Positions 12,699-24,779 are shown, counted from the first letter of the stretch. The stretch: DNA of 42,454 bases from Octopus bimaculoides (GCF_001194135.2 NC_069001.1:39250620-39293073); one strand, 5' to 3'. The notes: generated by a model not told the origin, from the sequence alone. Made by a program: numbers and translations.

Positions 12699-13693
12699 AA
12701 CTCTTTTATAAGGGAAAGCTAGGAAATTTATAACAGTACAAAAAGTATTGATTAGTCTTTTAGTTTGATGTTAAATTCATTTTATTTATAATTTGACGCA
12801 AAAACATTCACAAAAGAATGGAGCTGTTAGTTCCATGTATGCAGAGGGATAAGTAAATCTTCTACGTAAATACTTGAATCTGGTCCTGGTTCAGAAAAAT
12901 CGTTGGTTTCGAAATAATTTATGTTGTATCAATATTCGTTTTGTGTGCGTGTATATGCGTGCGTATGTCTATATATGTATATGCATATTTGTATATGTGC
13001 ATAAGGAATTGTATTCCGAAATATCATCGGACTATGGATAACTAAATTACAACAGGNNNNNNNNNNTAAATTACAACAGGTGTAGAGTCCATTTTTTGTA
13101 TTATAGTGTATTGTTGTACCATTCAAAACTTTTTACTCTTTATTAAATTAATATATAAACCTAATCAAAAACTCAGTTTCATGAGGAAAATTACTTGTGT
13201 GCATTCGATTTTATGAAGTTCAAGACGTTTAAAACATTCGCTCGAGAACCAGAAATAAAATCAAAAGCGAGATCTTGAAACAGCCGTGATTGGTTTTTAA
13301 CGTAAAACTCACAACAGTTTCAAGAAAAATTCTGTGAAACTCAGAATAACAAACATTGAACTTTTATCAGCTTCTACGAAACTCTCGCTTAATCTATCTC
13401 TGATGTTCAAGTGGTATGTATTGGGTGAGAATTACTCAGGAACATCGACAAGGTTGTTTTGTTCTTTCTATTGTTTTTTATGTTTTTCAAATACTCGATG
13501 TTTTTCAAATACTCGAAATACTGAAGAATGAACATTTATGCTTGGCGAAGCTTCCAAGTGACTGTCATCTTTGAAACGACGAGAGAAAACGGAAAATAAA
13601 CAAATAAGCGAATAAACAATATAAAAATATTTAAATCTACTTCGCCGCGTATAAAAGTCTCAAATTCTTTATAACTTTTATATTTTATTCTCA

Positions 13694-13744
<51 letters not shown>

Positions 13745-14279
13745 CTATGTGTGTGTGTGTATGTGCATGTATATAATTTATATGTGTTGTTTATATATGT
13801 GTATATACTTTGAGATGATGAATATTCTGGTAGTCGTAAGATATTAATGCATTTTAATTCTTATTTTGGTAGAATTTTCTGAAACTTTCCACCATATATA
13901 GACACACAGACATATTTTTTTCTCTCTCTTGTGACATCAGACGATACCACATATTAGTAAAATGTCTCTCTGATACATATCTCGCTTCTCGCAAACACAC
14001 ACATACACAAACCTACATATTCGCACACACTCAAATACACGAATATACACACACACACACACACACACACACTCATACGCACCATATTGGGATATGTACT
14101 TAGTTGCATATACATAGAGGCTGAGAAACACGAATTCACACATACACGCATACAAGCACGTACACAGTTGGTGTCTACCTTGTGTATATATTTATACACC
14201 TGTCTACGCGCAGTAAATGGAGATATAGGTAAATTCTATTGTGTGTGTGTGTATTTATATATACATGCATATATATAAT

Positions 14280-14316
<37 letters not shown>

Positions 14317-15829
14317 NNNNNNNNNNNNNNNNNNNNNNNNNNNNNNNNNNNNNNNNNNNNNNNNNNNNNNNNNNNNNNNNNNNNNNNNNNNNNNNNNNNN
14401 NNNNNNNNNNNNNNNNNNNNNNNNNNNNNNNNNNNNNNNNNNNNNNNNNNNNNNNNNNNNNNNNNNNNNNNNNNNNNNNNNNNNNNNNNNNNNNNNNNNN
14501 NNNNNNNNNNNNNNNNNNNNNNNNNNNNNNNNNNNNNNNNNNNNNNNNNNNNNNNNNNNNNNNNNNNNNNNNNNNNNNNNNNNNNNNNNNNNNNNNNNNN
14601 NNNNNNNNNNNNNNNNNNNNNNNNNNNNNNNNNNNNNNNNNNNNNNNNNNNNNNNNNNNNNNNNNNNNNNNNNNNNNNNNNNNNNNNNNNNNNNNNNNNN
14701 NNNNNNNNNNNNNNNNNNNNNNNNNNNNNNNNNNNNNNNNNNNNNNNNNNNNNNNNNNNNNNNNNNNNNNNNNATATATATATATATATAAGGGGATGCA
14801 TGTGCGTGTGTATGTGTGTCTGTCTGTGTTGTTTGAAAATCTCTCCAGTGAATATCTTTGTAGCAGCCATTCTATAGAATACCCGTGTGTATATATATAC
14901 TTCTGTTTGCATACATTTTTAGCGTGTATATGGTTGGATGTACATACATATAAAAGCTTGTAGACGGGTGTAGAGGTATGTGTATATAAATATATTACAT
15001 GAAATATGACAGATTGTCAACATTACGTTCCATGTTTGTCTCTCGTGTTTCGTCTGATTGTGACAGACATCGTGAAGAATAGAGGTGACATATTGTACTT
15101 GGTGATACGTGGTGGTGGTGTGGTGGTTTTGTATTGTAGTATTGGCGGTGTTATAGTGACGTCATGTAGGTGTTGATGTTTGTGCTGTAGTAGTCTTGTG
15201 GTGCTATACTGTAATCAATATCGAAGCTGTAAATGTAATTCATACTGAACAACGGAACACAAAGGGAGACACTGTTTTCTCTGAGAAATATATTTCTGAC
15301 AATGAAAAAATGTCTGGCGGCTGAGAATGTTCAGAGTTTGTAGAGTAAAGTATTAAAGTTTGGGCGAACAAACAGACAGGGAAATATACTGAATATATCT
15401 ATACAGGATGGGGGTATGGGTCAGCACGAATGGAGTGGAGGTGTTCCCATCAGTAGTTGAAACTTCATCTATCACGCCTACATTATACAATATGCCGTTG
15501 TATTCTTGAAAGTCAGTTTTATTTAAGAGAGATGTTCTGCGGATCTCCAAGGTCATAGCCGGGACGGTAGTTATGTAGCCATTGCAGATTTCTGATGCTG
15601 CGGAAGTATATATATATATATTGTACAAAAGCGTTGTGAGTCCAAAACGTTGCTTTTGTAGAAAACGAAAAAATAGTTTCACCATTCCATAGTAAAACCG
15701 TTCTACTACACTTTGACAATATTTGACATCTGAAGCAGCTGGAGATACGATAGTTGCAAGCAAAAATATATAATGAAAAAGAACGCATTTGGCCAAATTT
15801 GGATATACGACAGTTTAACATGATAGCAA

Positions 15830-15864
<35 letters not shown>

Positions 15865-16627
15865 CATGCATCAAGTTAATTTGGACTTGACTGTGTTTGT
15901 GTGTGTTTGTTTGCACACATGCGCGCGCGCATACACACACACATAGATATATAGGTATGTAGATATCTATGCTTTGTGAAGTCCCAGTCAATTTAATTCT
16001 CACAATAAATGTGACGGTCGTCTCTTTATGGAGTTACGCCACCAGTAAATGATCGGTTGTTATTCTGGAAAGCGCATTAAAATAATTGCATTATTTTAAC
16101 ATTTACTCACACACACAAGCACACACGCATCGGCAAGCACATGCATACACACAGAGGTATACACACACACACACACGCACACAAGCTCACACACACACGC
16201 ATACACGCGCAAATACACACACAGTACAACAGATAATATTTCATTCAATGGTTTTATTTATATGCAACAATCATTGAGAAAGAATATTTCTCTCTCTTTG
16301 TCTGTTAATCATTCCGGCCAATAAGTTCTGATGGACATTTGTCAAAGTTTAAACTGCGTCGCGGCTCTGCTACCGCTGCAAGGGAAAGACTGTTTTCTCC
16401 GGAAGCTAAACACTGACATAAAAATTAAACACGTAACTATTGACCTCAAATGAAGCCTTAAACACGCCATATTATTCCTTTTAGTTAGTTCAATAATGAA
16501 AACGAAATCATAGATGACAGGAGATGCATTTTCAACCCGTTGTATTTGAAACACGCTTGCATACACTTCACATAGCAACACCCCATGCAAACAAAAGCAT
16601 TTATTGTCATATACATACATAAATATG

Positions 16628-16674
<47 letters not shown>

Positions 16675-17876
16675 TAGTTTCAATCGTTATATATTTTAGA
16701 TATTTGTCTACTAGATCAACAGGAATAGAAACTCTTTCTTGCAGTTTGTCGAAACGACATCGTTTGATTTCTGGAACCAAGTTATATCTTCGTCTATATC
16801 AGTGCAAATAATTGATTTCTAATATCGATAGAAGCCGCACAATTTGTGGAGGGAATTATAGTTAATATATTTCATTCGAGAACTTTATAGTTTATTTCCT
16901 CGACCACTGAATGACCATAGGAAATCCGATTTTGTCAGGATTTGAACTCAGAAACTAAAGTAGAAGGAACTGTATGAAAAATGTTTTGATAATTTAAGAC
17001 TGAAGGTCTATAATACTAATATCAATGATTTAGTATTTAGATATGGAAACTTGTATTTTGTTCGTGGCCGGAAGACGTATCACTAATGTTATTCAGCTTG
17101 TCACGACGTCTGTTGAAGTGTTACAGTTCCAATAACTTCAACTATTGAACGACATCGAATTCATTATCGATAGCTTTAAAAAAAAAAATGAAACAATATT
17201 AAGATTTATAAATTTATTCACCAAAAGAACAAGAACTGCAACAGTTATAAAACGTTGAAGTTCCGCCAAAAGTTTTAATTGAAGAATAAAACGAAGTATA
17301 CAATATGCAACCTTGAACATCTCAGATTAATTTTATTTGATTCAATTTAATTGAATTGAAATGCGCTTTCGTCATGTATTGAATAGATATCGATCTGTTA
17401 GATAGCCATAAGCCCGGATAGTTTAGAGAAAGGAGAGCAATCTATCATATTGATTGCAGTACTTCAGCAGTCCTTACTTTATCCACGCCAGAAGGAGAAA
17501 AGTTTTTCAGTACATTTTAAATAATGAAATAATTTATTTAAAATTAGAAATTAACGCACAAAAAAGGTAAAAAAAAACGTCGTTAAAATTAGTCTCTGGC
17601 GCTGGTTTTGAAGAATAAATGCTCCAATTCTAATTGTTCAGTTAACGGAACTATCTAATCATTATTAATTATTTAATTAATTTAATATAGCTGAGTGAAT
17701 ATTCCCCAGGCAATTGTAGCGTTAATGTAACCATCGAATTGAATCAGTGTGACCCAGGGGGTGGGGGCTGATAAAGGTTGTCCACCTGGATTAAGATGAC
17801 ATCCATCTAATAGTTAAACAGCGTGTGCAACAGGGAAGTTTCAACTGGATTACTGATGAAGTCCATCTCAAAATGA

Positions 17877-17915
<39 letters not shown>

Positions 17916-17924
17916 TGAGTGAGT

Positions 17925-17962
<38 letters not shown>

Positions 17963-18466
17963 GACAGAGGGACAAGCGTGTCATCCATTTTAAGAATGCC
18001 CATCGAAATTCAAGACTTTGTGACGAGGCGGTTCTGTTGATTCACAAATGGAGTCCTTCCCAAGGACATCCACGGGTTCATTTCACGCCGGATTAGTTCT
18101 ACGCACAAAGTCGAGACCCGTCTAATTCTATTTCTTTTTACTTGTTAGTCAGAGGTGGAAGGGTTGCACCTGTGACTCTTTATGTTTTTAGGGCCTCAAA
18201 GATTGGTGAGAGAAAGGGAGGCTCTTATTCCTAAACCAATGACTCCACCAGAAATCTACATACAGTCACGTTGGACTGGTCATTTATTGATATAAACTCT
18301 AAAACATTTAAAACTACATTGACCTTGGTGATATTCGCGACAAATTTCTTCTTTATTTCAATGTCACGACTCACAAAGCACATCAATGACTTTTCTTGAT
18401 TCTTGAGAGAGTCAAAAGGAAGAATGAAACTCGACATATTTGCAATTCTTTACACTCCCAACCACA

Positions 18467-18667
18467 GATAATGGTCTCAAATTTTGGCACAAGGCCAACA
18501 TGTTTGGGGCAAGGGCCTAAGTCAATTACATTGACCACAGTGTTCAACTGGTACTTATTTTATTGCCACCGAACGATAAAAGGCGAAGTTGACTCCGGCA
18601 GAATTTGAACTCAGAACGTAAAGACGCATATCGCCCAGAGTGCTAACGATTCTTCCAGGCTGCTGCC
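18467..18667 (-). mobile_element. tRNA-derived SINE (minus member of head-to-head pair)
   Basis: Contains gaatttgaactcagaacgta (reverse B box) and ggcacaaggcc; reverse complement aligns to 18695-18906. Confidence 0.8.
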
Positions 18668-18694
18668 GTGATATTAAAGTATATTCATTAAATC

Positions 18695-18906
18695 GGCGAG
18701 CTGGCACAATTGTCAGCACGCCGGGCGATATGTTTTGCGTTATTTCGTCTGCCACTACGTTCTGAGTTCAAATTCCACCGAGGTCAACTTTTCCTTTCAT
18801 CCTTTCGGGGTCGATTAAATAGGTACCAGTTACGCACTGAGGTCGATGTAATCGGCTTACCCTCTTCCCACAAATTTCAGTCCTTGTGCCTATAATAGAA
18901 AGGATT
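18695..18906 (+). mobile_element. Full-length tRNA-derived SINE
   Basis: Head ggcgagctggcacaattgtcagcacgccgggcga, B box gagttcaaattcc (18764-18776), tail ccttgtgcctataatagaaaggatt. Confidence 0.85.
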
Positions 18907-19039
18907 GAAATATATTCATATTATGAAGTAAACACCGAAAGAGTTCAGTAATAAATAAATAAACTGAAAAACCTGTCCCAAGAATACTTAAGATATTTCA
19001 GCATAGTTTACTTTTATTTTCACTTGCGTCAACTACATG

Positions 19040-19138
19040 GTGCCCCATTCTGGGGGTTCTCCATGCTGGAGGTGTCCTATGCTGGGGGTGGGGGTTGCCA
19101 ATGCTGGGGGTACCTCATCCGGGGGTCCCAATGCTGGG
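19040..19138 (+). repeat. G-rich minisatellite, about 6 diverged 15-16 nt units (consensus close to tnccaatgctggggg)
   Basis: Units seen: tgccccattctggggg, ttctccatgctggagg, tgtcctatgctggggg, ttgccaatgctggggg, tacctcatccggggg, tcccaatgctggg. Confidence 0.8.
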
Positions 19139-19249
19139 TTATTCAACAGATGTTAGCAATCAATGTGAAAGTCAAGAGAAATACGAAATGTGCGTGATTC
19201 GAACTTGTGTTATATTTTGTTACTTTGGTTTTATTGGGCCACAACTGTG

Positions 19250-19290
<41 letters not shown>

Positions 19291-19891
19291 GCGCGCATAT
19301 CTATCTGTTTATCTATCTATCTCCCTCTCTCTCTGTCCCTTTCTCTGTATATATTTATCTCTGCTCCCACTCTCTATTTATCGTTCGGTCTATCTATGTG
19401 TATGTTTGTGCGCGCTCGTGTGAGTGTGTGTGGTTAAAATAGCCAATATAAATGTTAGTTGGTTCACTTCTCCGGTCACGCTTTACTTCTTATAGAAAGA
19501 ACATGGGGAAAATCAAAAAGAGGTAAAGAAGAGTTAACTTACGACGAGCTAACATCAGCATGTTGTTATTTCTTCTAAAAATACATATTTCTTTAATGAA
19601 ATGAGGCAGCAATATGTTTCCGATCAAGTAGATAGCAATTATGCTGATAAAATTTAGAAAAATAACATATATTTATTACAAATATACAAATGAGAAACGT
19701 GTTTTATTTAATTTTATTTGAAGGTAATAATTATTTTTCTTTCGACAATATGTATTCATTTCATTATTTTGAATAGAAATTTGATAAAATTTAAATTATA
19801 AGTATGTATATGACACATTTCTTCACGTTACCTGCTGTCACAGTAGACTTCCAAAGTTAGATATCTGGCTTGGAACAGATAACACTCATGT

Positions 19892-19925
<34 letters not shown>

Positions 19926-19962
19926 AACTTTTATTTCCCGATTTTATTTTCTTGCTTGTCAG

Positions 19963-19995
19963 TTGATATGTTCAAGTGCTACGGTTTTGGTAATC
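19963..19995 (+). CDS. Candidate 33-nt microexon (phase 0: LICSSATVLVI; phase 1: xDMFKCYGFGN)
   Basis: Long pyrimidine tract ttttatttcccgattttattttcttgcttgtcag| and perfect donor |gtaagt. Confidence 0.5.
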
Positions 19996-21084
19996 GTAAG
20001 TACGGAAAGACATTGAAGACATAAACGAAATGTCCTCCTGTGAAGCCCATGTGATACACACTGCCCATTTCCCTGGCCTCCATGCGTCAAGTATGATGCT
20101 CATTCTCAATTTGTTTTCAACCGAGCAATTTGGGACTTTTGAAAGGACACCTTGTTTTGCTCACAACGTATGAAGCAAGGTCTGACGAAAAGTGTGAAAA
20201 CAAACATGGACGTTTAGGGCAATCTTCTGCAAATACTTTGGACAAGCAACGGGTTTACATAATCAAGCATTGTTATCACAATTTATAGAGAAACATTGAA
20301 ATATGTACATTCGTAAACTGTAGACTTTCTACTGGTGTCGCAAGTGTATATGTATGTGTGTGTGTATGTGGGCGTGTATGTGTGCGTGTGTGTCCGTGTA
20401 TCTGTGTATATATGTATATATAAGTACATATGTATATATATATACATATGTACATACATACATGCGTACGTAAATATGTGTTAATATTCATAAACAGAAA
20501 CGTATAAATAGTGTATACCTGCGAATATAAGCTTAAATGTATATGTGTGTGCGCGCTTGAATTTATACACATGGATGTATATGTGTCTGTTCTTGTGCGC
20601 ATGTACAACAATCGTAGACAACAATGTTCGAGCGGGTTGTCGATCGTCCAGTTTCGATTCTAGTCGTGAAGTCTCAACCAGTTTCTTTCTTCTTTAAAGA
20701 AAGCATGTTTGGATGAAAGCCAGACTTCCGGTTGCCTTCTGGCTGGCTTCCAACAAGCTCCTGGACAACATCTAAGAAACGTCCGGCTTCTAAATAGCTC
20801 TGTGTGTGTCTCCATATTGATTGCCAATTTATTTTTAATGGTTTATTCTGAAGGAAAGAGCACTGTCCTCGCTTTTTCTTGGGTACTTCGTAACCATTGT
20901 GTGGTTTCTTGGGCAGCCGCAAGGGAATGGCTGTAGAGAAAACACCAAAAGAAAGACAATTTCTAGAGGATCGACGTTGTAGATGTTGTGGTTGGGATGG
21001 GACATGGCGGGGGCACAGTTAGTGTGCGTGTGTGATGGTGGGGTGAGAATAGGAGAGGAACCACTATAAAGTCCGCTCTTTGTT

Positions 21085-21260
21085 GTGGGGTGCCTTGTAT
21101 GCTTCAATGAACCATGAGAGATATGCCAGGGGAGCACTAGCTCCTGCTAGGGTCTACCATGCTGGATAAGGCGGTGGGTAGGCGCCAGACGTAATATGGA
21201 CCACTTTTTCCCAAACGTAAAAGGGAGTTTGCTTGGGGCCACAACAGTTACCTGAAAATA
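21085..21260 (+). mobile_element. 5' UTR remnant of an RTE-clade LINE
   Basis: gtggggtgccttgtatgcttcaatgaaccatgagagatatgccaggggagcactagctcctgctagggtctaccatgctgga...ggcgccagac resembles, from memory, the conserved 5' leader of RTE elements. Internal hairpin GGAGC-ACTA-GCTCC is visible. Confidence 0.45.
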
Positions 21261-21464
21261 AAGTTACAAAAGCATCGGTGACAATTCGAAACCAAGATCT
21301 GAGAAACGAGGTCAGTGGGAAAAGTGGTCGAGGGATAATATTCCATTGCGAGCGAATGGCTTAAGATGAAAAAATGGAGATAACAGTGAGAGAGCGCACG
21401 TGCGAGAGAGAGAGAGAGAGAGAACGAGAGAGAGAGAGAGAGAGAGAGANNNNNNNNNNGAGAG

Positions 21465-21499
<35 letters not shown>

Positions 21500-21575
21500 A
21501 GACCACTAGAGACCATTGACACTGAGGTGGAAACAAGAGGGAGATGAGGCAGCATGTCTGCAGGTCGGAAGATGC

Positions 21576-21737
21576 GTATAGGTGACATGCACACGCATAC
21601 TGACGCACACATAACCACACACACACACACATTTATGCATATATGTTAATATGATAGCAAGCGGAGCACCGCCCGGAGTGTAGTCTTTCTCTGAATGAAA
21701 ATGATGACCATAACGATGATGATGTGTTAATAGATAT
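21576..21737 (+). repeat. Arm A of a local inverted repeat (partner 22301-22452)
   Basis: Near-identical to the reverse complement of 22301-22452, e.g. atttatgcatatatgttaatatgatagcaagcggagcacc is exact. Confidence 0.92.
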
Positions 21738-21834
21738 TCTAATTAATGTAGTGAGGAGTCAATGAATATTAATTTCATTAAACTACTTCAGTAGTATGTG
21801 TGTGGTGGTGGTGGTGGGGGCGAGTAGAGACATT

Positions 21835-22016
21835 GATAAATTCCGGACAAGGGAGCAACCCAGAAAGTTACTGGTATACAGAACATGGGTAATACAGCGA
21901 AGACGAAGGTGGTTGAGCTTTGATAGAAGGGGAGATAATTTTGCATCGATTTCTAACTTTCTACCTCGCTAAACCTCGTCACTGAAACACAATTTTATGG
22001 ATTCCTGCACGATACG
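21835..22016 (+). repeat. Copy 1 of a local direct repeat B (partner 22549-22730)
   Basis: Shares gataaattccggacaagggagcaacc and gagctttgatagaaggggagataattttgcatcgatttctaactttctacctcg exactly with 22549-22730. Confidence 0.92.
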
Positions 22017-22080
22017 GAATAAAAAAATAAATTCAGTAAATTCATTCCAGTTCGTCCGATGGTTTTTTTTCTCTTTCCAG

Positions 22081-22100
22081 AGCTGCGGTGTAGGAGGCTT
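22081..22100 (+). CDS. Candidate 20-nt microexon (phase 0: SCGVGG plus split L)
   Basis: Flanks ggttttttttctctttccag|agctgcggtgtaggaggctt|gtatgt; its length complements the 52-nt exon at 26891 (sum 72). Confidence 0.45.
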
Positions 22101-22300
22101 GTATGTACGACGGCAGCGCCATCCTGGACGTGGGTGCAGTAATCTATTTTGTGTCTCCTTTCGGCGTTGTGCACGATTTAATGATTTCACTCTGTTTACA
22201 TCGTTAATAACATTATAAACGCCATCGACATTACAACGCATCCCCAATAGCGCCTATATAATTCGTATATATATATACATACAATTAAAGTGAAAATTCA

Positions 22301-22452
22301 TATCTATGAACATCACTATCATCGTCATCATTTTCATTCTGAGAAAGACTACACTCCGGATGGTGCTCCGCTTGCTATCATATTAACATATATGCATAAA
22401 TGTGTGCGTGTGTTTATGTGTGCGTTAGTATGCGTGTGCATGTCATCTATAC
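22301..22452 (-). repeat. Arm A' of the local inverted repeat
   Basis: Reverse complement matches 21576-21737. Confidence 0.92.
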
Positions 22453-22548
22453 ACATCTATAGTTGAATAAATGCGAATTGTTTTCGTGTGAATGAATATT
22501 TAATTCGCGATAAGATAGAGAAAGAGAAAGAGATAGAAGGGAGAAAGA

Positions 22549-22730
22549 GATAAATTCCGGACAAGGGAGCAACCTAGAAATTTGCTGGCGAACAGAATGT
22601 GGGTGAGACGGCGAAGACGGAGGTTGATGAGCTTTGATAGAAGGGGAGATAATTTTGCATCGATTTCTAACTTTCTACCTCGTTAAACCTCGTCGCTGAA
22701 GCATAATTTTACGGATTCTTACACGATACG
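22549..22730 (+). repeat. Copy 2 of direct repeat B
   Basis: Colinear with 21835-22016, with no indel over the first 135 nt. Confidence 0.92.
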
Positions 22731-23587
22731 ACTGACAGACGGAAGAAAGAAAAAAAGATTTTAAGTGAATAAACATTCTATCTTAAGTGCAAAGCTGCTG
22801 CAAATTTCCTAGGGACGTTTTCTGCCTGGAAAACATGTAGCTAAGTAATGGGGTGCTGACAAAATAAAGGGATGGGCAAATATTTTATACAATTAGAATT
22901 GCAAGAAAGATCACCTGATGTTAATTATGAAGTGACCCGTGGCTAAATGACAACAACTACTACTACTACTGCTGCTACTGCTGCTACTGCTGCTGCTACT
23001 ACTATTACTACTACTGCCCAGCGAGCAACAAGACCGTTTTCATCGTCATCAACGCTAGCACCATTACTACCAGCANNNNNNNNNNNNNNNNNNNNNNNNN
23101 NNNNNNNNNNNNNNNNNNNNNNNNNNNNNNNNNNNNNNNNNNNNNNNNNNNNNNNNNNNNNNNNNNNNNNNNNNNNNNNNNNNNNNNNNNNNNNNNNNNN
23201 NNNNNNNNNNNNNNNNNNNNNNNNNNNNNNNNNNNNNNNNNNNNNNNNNNNNNNNNNNNNNNNNNNNNNNNNNNNNNNNNNNNNNNNNNNNNNNNNNNNN
23301 NNNNNNNNNNNNNNNNNNNNNNNNNNNNNNNNNNNNNNNNNNNNNNNNNNNNNNNNNNNNNNNNNNNNNNNNNNNNNNNNNNNNNNNNNNNNNNNNNNNN
23401 NNNNNNNNNNNNNNNNNNNNNNNNNNNNNNNNNNNNNNNNNNNNNNNNNNNACTACATACAAACCTTACTACTACAAACACCATCACCACCACCACAGCT
23501 ACAACTACTGCTGTTGCTGCTACGACAACTAAAACTACTAAAGTAGCAGCCATAGGACCAACAATAACAGTAAGAAGAACATGTAGC

Positions 23588-23635
<48 letters not shown>

Positions 23636-23664
23636 GCTGAAGTCATCACAACAACAACAGCAAC

Positions 23665-23792
23665 GAAGAAGAAAAAGAAAAAAAGGAAGAAGAAAAAGAA
23701 AAAAGGAAGAAGAAAAAGAAAAAAGGAAGAAGAAGAAAAAGAAAAAAGGAAGAAGAAGAAGAAAAAGAAAAAAGGAAGAAGAAGAAGAAGAG
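23665..23792. repeat. Pure-purine higher-order repeat (GAA)n-GAAAAA-GAAAAAAG
   Basis: Seen directly: six units and no pyrimidine for about 128 nt. Confidence 0.9.
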
Positions 23793-24083
23793 TGTTGACA
23801 CAATGGAGGTATCGTGTGATATGGACGTGTCTGATTACATTAATGAAGAAATATTGATGTAAAGACTAGTAATCGATGGTGCCTATCGATCTACCAACCC
23901 AATATGGCGGAAGATAAAAGACACTTTGAATATTTATATTAAATATATTAAAGTACATCGACTAACTGCGGAGGGAGAGAGAGAGAGAGATGACAGATGT
24001 GGATATATAGACATATATACATGTGTATATACACAAAGACAAACAAGAGCATACATGTGAAAGTGTATGTGTGTGGATGATAC

Positions 24084-24185
<102 letters not shown>

Positions 24186-24779
24186 GCCTGCATATATAGA
24201 TATACATAGGCAGATAGATATGCAAGCATATAGAATGTATGCATACACGTATTTGCAGATGTATTATATATATATATATATATATACAGATACACATATA
24301 TATACGTGTGTGTGTGTGTGTGTGTGCATATGTATGTGCGTGTGCATGTACATCTATTATTATGACTAATTTAGACAATGGATATTTAACACATACACAT
24401 ATACGTTCAAATATATTACATACACGTACACATATACTTTCATACGCATATACATAAATAGTATATATATATATAATTATATATATAGAGAGAGATCTAC
24501 ATACAAAACGTACATTCAATAATTGGTGTTAAATCTCATCTATTCTTAATTTTGAATCATAAATTATTCAAATGTTTTACTGAAAGATACATATCAGTTT
24601 TTTTTGTATATTCCTCTGTAGTCGAGGGTGTGTGCGTGTTTGTGTGTTTGCACGTGTGTGTGTTTATCTTTATGTATATATACGTTGAGTACATATGTAT
24701 TATGTGTATCTATGTAATGTACAAGCACGTATATATACATACCTACGTAAACACACACGTATATGGATGCGTGTGTGTG

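Noticed and set aside
13040-13080. Direct repeat taaattacaacagg on both sides of a 10-N gap (similar case at 21420-21500)
   Set aside because: Typical contig-overlap artefact at scaffold joins.
15353-15796. Apparent signal peptide and ligand-gated-channel (chemotactile receptor) resemblance
   Set aside because: The start is TTG with no in-frame ATG, and there is no Cys-loop, WxPD motif or following transmembrane helices.
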